Shown in pieces: positions 1 through 9,968 of a DNA stretch of 64,000 nucleotides (position 1 is its first letter; each line of letters begins with the position of its first letter). Source of the stretch: an uncultured Selenomonadales bacterium. Its GTDB lineage: Bacteria; Bacillota; Negativicutes; Acidaminococcales; Acidaminococcaceae. The stretch lies in assembly GCA_900315345.1 (NCBI GenBank), contig OMYP01000004.1:33922-97921 (forward strand). The letters run 5' to 3'. Position numbers and translations under genes: made by a program. The notes under the pieces were generated by a model. The model made no database searches. It was not told the DNA's origin and saw only the letters and a program-made list of their open reading frames with translations.

Positions 1-1055
1 TTGCGCCTGTAGTAGTGGAGGCAATGCAGAAGGCAGCGGGAGAGATGGGGGTAAAGGAAAGCTTCCGGGGCTACGGCCCGGAGCAGGGATATGATTTCCT
101 GCATGAAGCATTGGTGGAATATTACGCAGGATTCGGCGTTATACTGGCGTCTTCGGAAATTTTTATCAGCGACGGGGCAAAAAGCGACTGCGGCAACATT
201 ACGGATATCTTTGACGACGCAAACGTGATCCTGGTACCCGACCCGGTATACCCGGTCTATCTGGATACCAATATCATGCGGGGACGGAAGATCGTTTTCA
301 TGGAGGGAAGACCGGACAATGATTTCCTGCCTATGCCGGATCCGTCCGTAAAGGCGGATATCATTTACCTGTGCTCGCCCAACAATCCAACCGGGGCTGT
401 TTATTCCAAGGAACAGCTAACGGAATGGGTGGCGTATGCACGTAAGCAGGATGCGGTGATCTTGTTCGATGCGGCTTATGAAGCATTTATTGATGACCCA
501 TCGCTTCCCCGGAGCATTTTTGAGATAGAAGGCGCAAAAGAATGCGCCATTGAACTGTGCTCTCTTTCTAAAACGGCGGGCTTTACCGGAACCCGCTGCG
601 GTTACACGGTAGTGCCGCTGGAACTGAAACGTAAAACCAGGACAGGTAAGGAACTGTCGCTGAATAAAATGTGGCTGCGCCGGCAGACCACCAAATTTAA
701 CGGAGTGCCTTACATTGTGCAGCGGGGAGCGGAAGCGGTGTTTACGCCGGAAGGTCAGAAACAGTGCCGGGAAAATCTGGCATATTATAAGGAAAACGCC
801 CGGCTGATCGGTAAGGCGCTGGAAGAAAAAGGAATTCTGTATTACGGCGGGAAGAATTCCCCGTATATCTGGATGCAGTGCCCCAAAGGCATGAAGTCCT
901 GGGAGTTTTTTGATTACCTGCTGGAAAAGCTGGGCATCGTGGGAACTCCCGGCTCCGGCTTCGGCGCTATGGGAGAAGGCTGGTTCCGCCTGACCGCCTT
1001 TGCCGGACGGGAAGCCACGGAAGAAGCGGTGGAACGGTTCCGCCGTCTTCTGTAG
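1..1055 (+). CDS. dapL: LL-diaminopimelate aminotransferase, 5' end lies outside the window
   Basis: Motifs GYGPEQGY, SDGAKSDCG, CSPNNPTG, FDAAYEAFI and SLSKTAGFTGTRCGY (PLP lysine) are typical of DapL. The ORF is open to the window edge. Confidence 0.93.
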   Translation, partial: APVVVEAMQKAAGEMGVKESFRGYGPEQGYDFLHEALVEYYAGFGVILASSEIFISDGAKSDCGNITDIFDDANVILVPDPVYPVYLDTNIMRGRKIVFMEGRPDNDFLPMPDPSVKADIIYLCSPNNPTGAVYSKEQLTEWVAYARKQDAVILFDAAYEAFIDDPSLPRSIFEIEGAKECAIELCSLSKTAGFTGTRCGYTVVPLELKRKTRTGKELSLNKMWLRRQTTKFNGVPYIVQRGAEAVFTPEGQKQCRENLAYYKENARLIGKALEEKGILYYGGKNSPYIWMQCPKGMKSWEFFDYLLEKLGIVGTPGSGFGAMGEGWFRLTAFAGREATEEAVERFRRLL

Positions 1056-1084
1056 TGACAAGGGTACGTTGATACATAACAGCT

Positions 1085-1146
1085 AAAAGCAACAAAGACG
1101 TTGCGACAGGATTGTTTCTGTCAGTCTTTGTTGCTTTTATTTTTTT
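1085..1146 (+). terminator. Intrinsic terminator/attenuator upstream of glmS, overlapped by an ANTAR-type hexaloop hairpin
   Basis: Perfect 15-bp inverted repeat aaaagcaacaaagac (1085-1099) / gtctttgttgctttt (1124-1138) followed by a T tract. An alternative hairpin gcaac-AAAGAC-gttgc lies at 1089-1104. Confidence 0.85.
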
Positions 1147-1171
1147 GAAAAGAATCAGGGAGGTAGTTTTT

Positions 1172-2995
1172 ATGTGTGGAATCGTTGGTTTTACAGGGGC
1201 CCAGAGCGCAGCGCCCATTTTGCTGGAGGGGTTGAAGAAACTGGAATACCGGGGATATGATTCCGCGGGGATCGCAGTCATGGCCGACAGGAAAATCGCT
1301 GTCCATAAGGTTACGGGGCGCATCTCCAATCTGTGCGAAAAAACCGGTGACGGGTCAAAGGTGCCCGGGACCACAGGGATCGGGCATACCCGCTGGGCGA
1401 CCCATGGAGCGCCCACGGAAGAAAACGCCCATCCCCATCTGAGTAATGACGGGAAATTTGCGGTGGTGCACAACGGTATCATCGAAAACTATATGTCCCT
1501 GCGGGAAGAGCTGATCCGGGACGGATACCATTTTGAAAGTGAAACGGATACAGAGGTTATCGTCCATCTTATCGAAATGTTTTACCGGGGCGATGTGCGG
1601 GAGGCGCTGATCAAGACTACCAACCGGCTTCGGGGGTCCTATGCCCTGGGTGTGATCTGTTCTGAGGAACCGGGAAAGATTTACGCGGTGCGGGAGGCCA
1701 GCCCCCTGATCCTGGGTATCGGGCTTGGGGAAAATTATTTTGCCTCTGACGTGACTGCACTGGTGAACCATACCCGTAATGTCATTTACCTGGAAGACGG
1801 GGAATTCGCGGAACTGTCAGAAGACGCGATCCGTATTTTTGACTGCACCGGCCAGGTCATCAGCCGAAAGGCCACCCGTATATTGTGGGATGTCCAGGCT
1901 GCGGAAAAAGGCGGATACGAACATTTTATGCTGAAAGAGATCATGGAGCAGCCCGGGGCAGTGAAGGCTACCATTGCGCCACGTATTAAAAATGGCGCCA
2001 TTGAGTTTGAAGAAATGGGCCTGTCGGTTGCGGAAATCAAAAACATCCGCAACATTATCATTACAGCCTGCGGTTCGGCTTATTATGCAGGCTGTGCGGG
2101 AAAATACGCTATCGAACGCCTGTCCCGCATCCCGGTTGATGTGGAACTGGCAAGCGAGTTGCGTTACAGCGACCCGCTGATCGACGAGCACACGCTGCTG
2201 ATCGTGATCTCCCAGTCAGGGGAAACGGCAGATACCATCGCGGCCATGAAGGAATGTAAAGATAGAGGCGCCAAGGCCCTGGCCATCGTGAATGTGGTAG
2301 GCAGTTCGGTTGCAAAACTTGCGGATTACACGGTGTATACCTGGGCGGGACCGGAAATAGCCGTTGCAACCACAAAAGGATATACTACCCAGGTGACGGT
2401 CCTGTATATGCTGGCAGTTTTTTTGGGGGATAAGCTGGGACTGATCGGAAACCGGAAAACACAGATGATCCACAGCTTGCAGTCATTGCCCCGCCAGATC
2501 CAGCAGGCCTTCGACCTGAACTCTTCGATTCCTGCATTGGCAAAAAAATACCATGCCAGCAAATCGCTGTTTTTCATCGGCAGGAATACAGATTATGCGG
2601 TGGCCCTGGAAGGCGCCTTAAAAATGAAGGAGATCTCCTATCTCCATGCAGAGGCCTACGCGGCCGGAGAGCTGAAGCACGGCACCATCGCCCTGATCGA
2701 GGAACACCAGCCCGTCATCGCCCTTTGCTGTAATCCTTCTATTATGGAAAAGACGCTGAGCAACATCGTGGAAGTAAAATCCCGCGGGGCGGAGGTGCTG
2801 GCCCTGACCTTCCGGAACAATCATAAGATCCTGTCTGTGGCGGATGATCTGCTGTTTGTGCCAGACATCGATCCCCTGTTTTCCGCCGTGGTGGAAATTG
2901 TGCCGCTGCAGCTGCTGGCCTATTATGTTGCGAAAGAAAACGGATGCGACATTGACAAGCCGAAGAACCTTGCCAAGTCAGTAACAGTAGAGTAA
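1172..2995 (+). CDS. glmS: Glutamine--fructose-6-phosphate aminotransferase (isomerizing)
   Basis: N-terminal MCGIVG, LEYRGYDSAG, GHTRWATHG, two SIS domains and C-terminal DKPKNLAKSVTVE. SD ggagg lies upstream of ATG 1172. Confidence 0.97.
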   Translation: MCGIVGFTGAQSAAPILLEGLKKLEYRGYDSAGIAVMADRKIAVHKVTGRISNLCEKTGDGSKVPGTTGIGHTRWATHGAPTEENAHPHLSNDGKFAVVHNGIIENYMSLREELIRDGYHFESETDTEVIVHLIEMFYRGDVREALIKTTNRLRGSYALGVICSEEPGKIYAVREASPLILGIGLGENYFASDVTALVNHTRNVIYLEDGEFAELSEDAIRIFDCTGQVISRKATRILWDVQAAEKGGYEHFMLKEIMEQPGAVKATIAPRIKNGAIEFEEMGLSVAEIKNIRNIIITACGSAYYAGCAGKYAIERLSRIPVDVELASELRYSDPLIDEHTLLIVISQSGETADTIAAMKECKDRGAKALAIVNVVGSSVAKLADYTVYTWAGPEIAVATTKGYTTQVTVLYMLAVFLGDKLGLIGNRKTQMIHSLQSLPRQIQQAFDLNSSIPALAKKYHASKSLFFIGRNTDYAVALEGALKMKEISYLHAEAYAAGELKHGTIALIEEHQPVIALCCNPSIMEKTLSNIVEVKSRGAEVLALTFRNNHKILSVADDLLFVPDIDPLFSAVVEIVPLQLLAYYVAKENGCDIDKPKNLAKSVTVE

Positions 2996-3021
2996 AAATA
3001 AAGGAAAGTGAGGAAAAGAAC

Positions 3022-5109
3022 ATGATGAACGTCCCAAAATTATTTGGCAGTCTTACATTTAATGAACGGGTGATGAAGGACCGGCTTCCGGCTAAAACCT
3101 TTGCCACGTTTCGTAAGATGGTGGAGGAAGGACTGCCCCTGACAAGGGAACTGGCCGATATGATGGCCTACGCCATGAAGGACTGGGCACTGGAAAACGG
3201 TTGCACCCATTTTACCCACTGGTTCCAGCCTATGACAGGGATTACGGCGGAAAAGCACGACAGCTTCATTGCTCCGGCAGCGGACGGACGGGTCATCATG
3301 GATTTTTCCGGCAAAGATCTGATCCAGAGTGAACCGGATGCTTCCAGTTTTCCCTCCGGCGGCTTGCGGGCGACCTTCGAAGCCCGGGGATATACGGCAT
3401 GGGATCCCACCAGTTATGCCTTTATCAAAGATGATTGCCTTTATATTCCTACCGCTTTCTGCTCCTACACCGGGGATGTGCTGGATAAAAAGACGCCCCT
3501 TTTGCGTTCCATTACTGTATTAAGCGAAGCGGCGAAACGACTGCTGGCCATTCTTGGTATCCATACGGAAAAAGTGATCACCAATGTGGGACCGGAACAG
3601 GAATATTTCCTGGTAGATAAGGCCATGTGGGAGAAACGGAAGGATCTGGTATTTGCCGGCCGGACCCTGTTTGGCGCCAGACCTCCCAAAGGACAGGAGA
3701 TGGAAGACCATTATTTTGGCGCCATCAAGCCAAGAGTGAAAGCTTTTATGGCAGAACTGGATGAAGAACTGTGGAAGCTGGGAATCCCGGCCAAGACGGA
3801 GCATAACGAAGTGGCCCCTGCCCAGCACGAACTGGCTCCTGTTTATACATCGGTGAACCTGGCCTGCGATTATAACCAGCTGACCATGGAATTCATGAAA
3901 CGTATTGCACTAAAACACAATATGGTCTGCCTGCTGCACGAGAAACCTTTTGACGGTGTAAACGGAAGCGGAAAGCATAACAACTGGTCCTTATCCACGC
4001 TGGAAGGGAAAAACCTGCTGGATCCCGGAAAGGACGCATACCACAATAATCAGTTCCTGCTTTTCCTGGCGGCCATCATCAAAGGCGTGGATGAATATCA
4101 GGATGCGCTGCGGGGAACGGTGGCCAGCGCAGGCAACGATCACCGGTTAGGGGCAAACGAAGCGCCGCCTGCCATTGTCAGTATCTTCCTTGGGACAGAG
4201 CTGACCGGTGTGCTGGAAGCCATTGCTTCCGGACAGGAGTTCAAAGCAAACGGTCATATCCAGATGAAACTCAGCGGCAATACACTGGCTGCGGTCAGCA
4301 AGGATAACACGGACCGCAACCGGACTTCGCCGTTTGCTTTTACGGGCAATAAATTTGAATTCCGCATGGCCGGTTCCCAGGCCAGCCTGGCCTGTCCCAA
4401 CGCATACCTGAACACCATCGTGGCGGAAGAACTGGGGTGGGTGGCAGATAAGCTGGAAGGCACTGCACCGGAAGAACTGGATAAGGCCGTTAAGAATTTG
4501 GTAAAAGAAATCTATCTGGCCCACAAGCGCATCGTATTCAACGGCAACGGCTACACCGATGACTGGGTTGAGGAAGCGGCACAGCGCGGGTTGTATAATA
4601 ACAAATCCACGCCGGAAGCCCTGGCCTGCATGACCAGTAAGAAGAATATAGACCTGGTGGTGAAGCACGGCATCTTTACCAAAGCGGAAGTGCTGTCCCG
4701 TTGCGAGATCCAGTACGAGCTGTACAACAAGACGCTGAACATTGAAGCGCTGACCATGCTGGATATGCTTCATAAAGATCTGTTGCCTGCTGCACAGAAG
4801 TATCTGAAAGACCTGTCTGTAACTGCAGTAAATGAAAAAGAGCTGGGACTGAAACCGGATGTGGCATTTTTGAAAAAGCTGCAGGAAGCCACGGCGGCTA
4901 TGTATAAAGACGGCGAAACCCTGGCGAAAGAACTGGTCAATGCGGAAGGCATCGAAGACCAGAAGAAGGCCAGCGCAGCGTATCATAACAAAGTACTGTC
5001 TGCCATGGAGGCGCTGCGGGCAAGCGGCGACGCGGTAGAGGCCATGCTTGGCAAGGAATATCTGCCCTATCCTACATATGGGGAATTGCTGTTCGGTATC
5101 AACAGCTGA
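3022..5109 (+). CDS. glnN: Glutamine synthetase type III
   Basis: 695 aa with GSIII motifs THFTHWFQPMTG, EPDASSFPSGGLR, HEKPFDGVNGSGKHNNWS, NDHRLGANEAPP and DRNRTSPFAFTGNKFEFR. Confidence 0.95.
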   Translation: MMNVPKLFGSLTFNERVMKDRLPAKTFATFRKMVEEGLPLTRELADMMAYAMKDWALENGCTHFTHWFQPMTGITAEKHDSFIAPAADGRVIMDFSGKDLIQSEPDASSFPSGGLRATFEARGYTAWDPTSYAFIKDDCLYIPTAFCSYTGDVLDKKTPLLRSITVLSEAAKRLLAILGIHTEKVITNVGPEQEYFLVDKAMWEKRKDLVFAGRTLFGARPPKGQEMEDHYFGAIKPRVKAFMAELDEELWKLGIPAKTEHNEVAPAQHELAPVYTSVNLACDYNQLTMEFMKRIALKHNMVCLLHEKPFDGVNGSGKHNNWSLSTLEGKNLLDPGKDAYHNNQFLLFLAAIIKGVDEYQDALRGTVASAGNDHRLGANEAPPAIVSIFLGTELTGVLEAIASGQEFKANGHIQMKLSGNTLAAVSKDNTDRNRTSPFAFTGNKFEFRMAGSQASLACPNAYLNTIVAEELGWVADKLEGTAPEELDKAVKNLVKEIYLAHKRIVFNGNGYTDDWVEEAAQRGLYNNKSTPEALACMTSKKNIDLVVKHGIFTKAEVLSRCEIQYELYNKTLNIEALTMLDMLHKDLLPAAQKYLKDLSVTAVNEKELGLKPDVAFLKKLQEATAAMYKDGETLAKELVNAEGIEDQKKASAAYHNKVLSAMEALRASGDAVEAMLGKEYLPYPTYGELLFGINS

Positions 5110-5196
5110 AAAATAAGAAGGCAGCACAGTGTTTTCGATCTGTGCTCCCCTGAACGAAAAAACGGACAAAACCGTTTACATACTCCTCCAAATTGA

Positions 5197-5240
5197 ACAA
5201 CACTGTCGGGAAGACGCACCCCGGCAGTGTTGTCATTTTT
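5197..5240. terminator. Hairpin terminator between convergent glnN and carB
   Basis: acaacactgtcggg ... ccggcagtgttgt followed by cattttt. Confidence 0.7.
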
Positions 5241-5301
5241 GTACTCAAACCATTGGCTACGGCAGTCTAATAATTGAAAAAGCAATTATAAAACCGTAAT
5301 A

Positions 5302-5461
5302 GGGAAGGCAACGCAAAACCGTCATGGATTGCTATTTCATGGATTTATTCGTCTGTGGCTTCGAAACTCGGGACTTCGTCCCTCAAACAGTCTCGCCACA
5401 ACGACGAATTTCATCTCATGAAATTACGCAATCCCCTCCTATGTTTTGCTTATGCCTTCCC
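5302..5461. repeat. About 160-nt long imperfect palindrome (REP/MITE-like stem-loop)
   Basis: Nested paired segments gggaaggca/tgccttccc, gcaaaac/gttttgc, ggattgc/gcaatcc, atttcatg/catgaaat, attcgtc/gacgaat and tgtggc/gccaca, with an apical gggac-ttc-gtccc hairpin. Confidence 0.8.
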
Positions 5462-5491
5462 CTTGCAGTTTAAAAAGTTGTATCTATACAC

Positions 5492-8400
5492 TTATTTTGC
5501 GTCAATCGTTGAAATCCCCATGGTCACTTCTTCCAGTACATCCAGCAGCATCCGCACTGTGTCAAGGGAAGTGAGCATCACTGCGTTATTCTGTGCAGCG
5601 ACCTGCCGGATGGCAACGCCGTCCCCATAGTGTATGCCGGAAAGGATGGCCCGGGTATTGATGACATAACTGACGTACCCTGCACGTATCGAATCCAGAA
5701 TTTCCTGGCTTCCTTCGCTTGGCTTATGACGTATCCGGGTACGGATGCCATGCTGTTTCAGTACTTCCCCTGTTAAAGTAGTGGCTTCGATGTTGAATCC
5801 CATATTGTAGAAACGGCGGATCAGCGGCACTGTCTCTTCTTTATCTTCATCGGCCACGCTGACTACGACGGTGCCGTAGTTTTTCAGTGTCAGGCCGGAG
5901 GCGATCAGCGCTTTGTATGCGGCCCGGTGCAGTTTATCATCGTAGCCGATGGCTTCCCCGGTGGATTTCATTTCCGGTGAAAGATAGGCATCCATACCCC
6001 GGAGCTTGGAGAAGGAAAAGGCGGGAACTTTGACATAATATCGCGTTTTCTCTTTGGGGTACCGTTCCGTGATCCCCTGTTCCCGCAGGGAGACCCCAAG
6101 GATAGCCAACGTGCCCATATCGGCCAGGCTGTAACCTGTAGCTTTTGACAAAAAGGGAACCGTGCGGGAGGAACGGGGATTAACTTCGATGACATAGACC
6201 TGGTTATTTGTGTCCACGATATACTGGACGTTGAACAATCCGATAATACCGATGCCCAGTCCCAGTTTTTCCGTATAATCCAGTATCGTTTCCTTCACGT
6301 TTTCGGAAAGGCTGTAGGATGGATATACGCTGATAGAGTCGCCGGAATGGACACCGGTCCGTTCCACCAGTTCCATGATGCCGGGGACGAAGACATGTTC
6401 TCCGTCGCAGACCGCATCTACTTCTACTTCTTTGCCCCGGATATATTTATCTACAAGCACGGGTTTGTCTTCATCTACTTCTACTGCGGTTTTCAGATAG
6501 TCCCCCATATCCTTTTCTTTTCCCACAATCTGCATAGCCCGGCCGCCCAGGACAAAGCTGGGGCGTACAAGAACCGGAAATCCGATCTGGCGGGCTGCTT
6601 CCAGCCCTGCTTCAATGGTCGTGACGGCCTGCCCCGGAGGCTGGGGGATGCCCAGTGAAAGCAGAAGTTTTTCGAAGGAGTCCCGGTTTTCTGCACGGTC
6701 TATGGCATCGCAGTCTGTGCCGATGATCTTTACGCCCCGTTCACGCAGTGGTTCGGCCAGATTGATGGCTGTCTGTCCGCCCAGGGTAGCAATGACGCCG
6801 TCGGGCTTTTCCATCTCGATGATATTCATTACATCTTCCGGGCAGAGAGGCTCGAAGTACAGTTTGTCGGAACAGGTATAGTCGGTGGAAACGGTTTCCG
6901 GGTTATTGTTGATGATGATGGCTTCATAACCCGCTTTTTGGATGGTCCGGACCGCGTGGACGGTGGAATAGTCGAATTCAACGCCCTGCCCGATACGGAT
7001 GGGGCCGGCTCCCAGCACGACAATTTTTTTCCGTGAAGAAATACGGGATTCATTCTCTTCTTCGTATGTAGAATAAAAGTAGGGGATGTAACTTTCAAAT
7101 TCCGAGGCACAGGTATCGATCATTTTATAAACCGGTGTGATTCCGTTACGGCAGCGCAGTTCATAAATGTTCCGTTCCGATCTGTTCCACAGCAACGCGA
7201 TTTCTTTGTCGGAAAAGCCTGTTCTCTTTGCGCTGTGCAATACTTGCAGATCATCCGGATGGCTGCGGATTTCGGTCTCCAACGCGACGATATTACGAAT
7301 TTTCCGCAGGAAGAACCGGTCGATTGCCGTCTGGCCGGCAATGGTGTCCTCATTACAGCCCAGGCGGAACAGTTGCGCGATAGCATAGATCCGGTCGTCG
7401 GTCCCGATGCGTATGTAGTTGAGCAAGTCTTGTTCCGGTACAGCGTCAAATTTCGGCAAATGGATGTGAAAAGTGCCAATCTCCAAAGAGCGGATGCCTT
7501 TCAGCAGGCTTTCCTCAAAGGTCCGGCCAATGCTCATCACTTCCCCGGTAGCTTTCATCTGGGTGGAAAGGGAGTTATTTGCGTCTGAGAATTTATCGAA
7601 GGGGAAACGGGGCAGTTTTGTTACCACGTAATCCAGCGCCGGCTCAAAAGAGGCCGGGGTATTGGCAATCTGAATCTCGTCCAGGGTCATGCCGATGCCG
7701 ATTTTGGCGGAGACGCGGGCAATGGGATAGCCGCTTGCCTTGGATGCAAGGGCGGAGGAACGGGAGACCCGGGGATTTACTTCGATGAGATAATACTGGA
7801 AAGAGTTTGGGTCCAGTGCAAACTGTACGTTGCACCCGCCTTCGATCTTCAGTGCCCGGATAATTTTCAGGGCACTGTCCCGCAGCATATGATATTCCTT
7901 GTTGGTCAGGGTCTGGGAAGGGCAGACTACAATGGAGTCGCCAGTGTGGATGCCAACGGGATCCAGGTTTTCCATATTGCATATGGTAATGGCTGTATCA
8001 TTCCGGTCCCGCATCACTTCGTATTCGATTTCCTTAAAGCCCCGGATGCTTTTTTCAATCAGTACTTCCCGGACGGGGGAGAGGGAAAGGGCATGTTTCA
8101 TCAGAGGCAGGAATTCCGCCTCGTTTTCCGCAAAACCGCCGCCGGTTCCCCCCAGGGTGAAAGCCGGACGTAATACCACAGGGTAGCCGATCTTTTCAAC
8201 GACCTTCAGTCCCTCTTCAAGGGAACTGGCGATGTCAGAAGGCAGCACCGGTTCATTAAGTTTAGTACACAGTTCCTTGAAGAGTTCCCGGTCTTCCGCC
8301 TGTTCGATGGAATGGCTGTCGGTACCCAGCAGTTCCACATGGCACTCAGCCAGTATACCTTTCTTCTCCAGCTGCATGGCAAGGTTCAGACCGGTCTGTC

Positions 8401-8674
8401 CGCCGATGCCCGGAAGGATTGCATCCGGTCGTTCGTAGCGGATGATCTTAGCAATGTATTCCAGTGTCAGGGGTTCCATATAGACCTTATCGGCGATGCT
8501 GGTATCGGTCATAATGGTGGCGGGATTGGAGTTGCATAGGATGACTTCGTATCCTTCTTCTTTCAGGGCCAGGCAGGCCTGGGTTCCGGCGTAATCAAAT
8601 TCTGCTGCCTGCCCGATGACAATAGGGCCGGACCCTATGACAAGAATCTTTCTGAGGTCTGTTCTTTTAGGCAT
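5492..8674 (-). CDS. carB: Carbamoyl-phosphate synthase large subunit
   Basis: 1060 aa. MPKRTDLRKILVIGSGPIVIGQAAEFDYAG, duplicated ATP-grasp domains (IEVNPRVSRSS, IEVNPRSSRTVP) and a C-terminal MGS domain. Confidence 0.98.
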   Translation of the reverse strand: MPKRTDLRKILVIGSGPIVIGQAAEFDYAGTQACLALKEEGYEVILCNSNPATIMTDTSIADKVYMEPLTLEYIAKIIRYERPDAILPGIGGQTGLNLAMQLEKKGILAECHVELLGTDSHSIEQAEDRELFKELCTKLNEPVLPSDIASSLEEGLKVVEKIGYPVVLRPAFTLGGTGGGFAENEAEFLPLMKHALSLSPVREVLIEKSIRGFKEIEYEVMRDRNDTAITICNMENLDPVGIHTGDSIVVCPSQTLTNKEYHMLRDSALKIIRALKIEGGCNVQFALDPNSFQYYLIEVNPRVSRSSALASKASGYPIARVSAKIGIGMTLDEIQIANTPASFEPALDYVVTKLPRFPFDKFSDANNSLSTQMKATGEVMSIGRTFEESLLKGIRSLEIGTFHIHLPKFDAVPEQDLLNYIRIGTDDRIYAIAQLFRLGCNEDTIAGQTAIDRFFLRKIRNIVALETEIRSHPDDLQVLHSAKRTGFSDKEIALLWNRSERNIYELRCRNGITPVYKMIDTCASEFESYIPYFYSTYEEENESRISSRKKIVVLGAGPIRIGQGVEFDYSTVHAVRTIQKAGYEAIIINNNPETVSTDYTCSDKLYFEPLCPEDVMNIIEMEKPDGVIATLGGQTAINLAEPLRERGVKIIGTDCDAIDRAENRDSFEKLLLSLGIPQPPGQAVTTIEAGLEAARQIGFPVLVRPSFVLGGRAMQIVGKEKDMGDYLKTAVEVDEDKPVLVDKYIRGKEVEVDAVCDGEHVFVPGIMELVERTGVHSGDSISVYPSYSLSENVKETILDYTEKLGLGIGIIGLFNVQYIVDTNNQVYVIEVNPRSSRTVPFLSKATGYSLADMGTLAILGVSLREQGITERYPKEKTRYYVKVPAFSFSKLRGMDAYLSPEMKSTGEAIGYDDKLHRAAYKALIASGLTLKNYGTVVVSVADEDKEETVPLIRRFYNMGFNIEATTLTGEVLKQHGIRTRIRHKPSEGSQEILDSIRAGYVSYVINTRAILSGIHYGDGVAIRQVAAQNNAVMLTSLDTVRMLLDVLEEVTMGISTIDAK

Positions 8675-9767
8675 GGCGTCCCCCTTCTTTCTCCATCATA
8701 CGGATAAACTCATCAAACAGATAGACGCTGTCCTGGGGACCCGGAGCGCTTTCCGGGTGATACTGTACGCTGAACACCTTGTCCTTTTTGCTGGCAACTC
8801 CTTCCACGGTATGGTCCAGCAGGTTCACATGGGTGACCGATAAAGGCGTATGGGCAAGGCTGTCTCTGTCCACTGCATAGGAATGGTTTTGCGAAGTGAT
8901 TTCAATCCGTCCTGTCAGGAGATTTTTTACCGGATGATTGCCTCCCCGGTGTCCGAATTTCAGCTTGTATGTTTTGGCGCCACAGGCCAGAGAGATAATC
9001 TGGTGACCCAGGCAGATGCCAAACAGGGGGGCGGAGCCTATCAGTGTACGGATCGTTTTGATGGTCTGGGGCACATCTGTGGGATCGCCGGGCCCGTTGG
9101 AAATAAAAATCCCGTCCGGATGAATGGCTGAAATTTCTTCCGCAGAGGTATTCCAGGGCACAACAGTTACTTTGCAGCCGCGCCGGTTCAGGGAACGCAC
9201 AATGTTCAGCTTCATGCCGCAGTCGATGGCTGCCACATGAAACTGTTCCTTCTCTGCATGGGATACCCATGCATTTTTGCAGCTGACGCGGGATACGGCG
9301 TCTGTAGGAAGTTCATAATCCCTTATAATGCGAAGACCTTCTTCCAGCGGGGTGGAAGCGGATGTGATCAGAGCCTTGCAGCTGCCGAAGTCGCGAATCC
9401 TCCGGTTCAGTTTGCGGGTGTCGATACCCTGTATTCCCGCAATGTCATACTTCTTCATGACGGAATCCAGTGTAGCTGCACTGCGAAAATTCGAAGGCTC
9501 GTCGTTGTATTCCCGAACAATAAGCGCTCCCATACCCGGAGTGCAGGATTCGTAATCGTCTTCCGCCATACCGTAGTTGCCGATCAGCGGATAGGTCATC
9601 ACCACTGCCTGATCGGTATAGGACGGGTCAGACAGAATTTCCTGATATCCTGCCATGGAGGTGTTGAAAACGATTTCCAATACGCGCTGCCCTGTGGCGC
9701 CGAAAGTGTATCCGTAATATTCCTGCCCGTTTTCCAGAATGATTTTCCGGTTAAAATCCATTGTCAT
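8667..9767 (-). CDS. carA: Carbamoyl-phosphate synthase small subunit
   Basis: EIVFNTSMAGYQE, SNGPGDP, FGICLGHQ (catalytic Cys) and FSVQYHPE. Overlaps the carB start by 8 bp. Confidence 0.97.
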   Translation of the reverse strand: MTMDFNRKIILENGQEYYGYTFGATGQRVLEIVFNTSMAGYQEILSDPSYTDQAVVMTYPLIGNYGMAEDDYESCTPGMGALIVREYNDEPSNFRSAATLDSVMKKYDIAGIQGIDTRKLNRRIRDFGSCKALITSASTPLEEGLRIIRDYELPTDAVSRVSCKNAWVSHAEKEQFHVAAIDCGMKLNIVRSLNRRGCKVTVVPWNTSAEEISAIHPDGIFISNGPGDPTDVPQTIKTIRTLIGSAPLFGICLGHQIISLACGAKTYKLKFGHRGGNHPVKNLLTGRIEITSQNHSYAVDRDSLAHTPLSVTHVNLLDHTVEGVASKKDKVFSVQYHPESAPGPQDSVYLFDEFIRMMEKEGGRHA

Positions 9768-9901
9768 AACTGACGCCTCGTTTTTCTTTTCTAAGGAAAC
9801 ACTGATTAAATGAGTTTGTGCGCTTGCCGAGGGCTTTTTGCGAATGACAAGGAAGTGGCTCGAAGGCGCAGCGGGGCTGCGTCAAGAGACAGTTTACAAA
9901 C

Positions 9902-9959
9902 AAAAAAAATAAAGGCGCCTATCACCGCACCTTGCAGCACGGCAATAAACGCCTTTGTT
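9902..9959 (-). terminator. Attenuator terminator in the carA leader with an overlapping ANTAR-type hexaloop
   Basis: Minus strand aaaggcgtttattgccg...cggtgataggcgccttt plus a T tract. An alternative hairpin aac-AAAGGC-gtt lies at 9959-9948. Confidence 0.8.
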
Positions 9960-9968
9960 ATCTATGAA

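Noticed and set aside
1056-1171. glmS ribozyme
   Set aside because: The conserved core sequences are absent and the gap is too short. The structure is a terminator with an overlapping hexaloop.
5176-5189. Minus-strand GGAGGAG-t-ATG-TAA minimal ORF
   Set aside because: SD spacing is too short and there is no coding body. It could be chance or an unidentifiable remnant.
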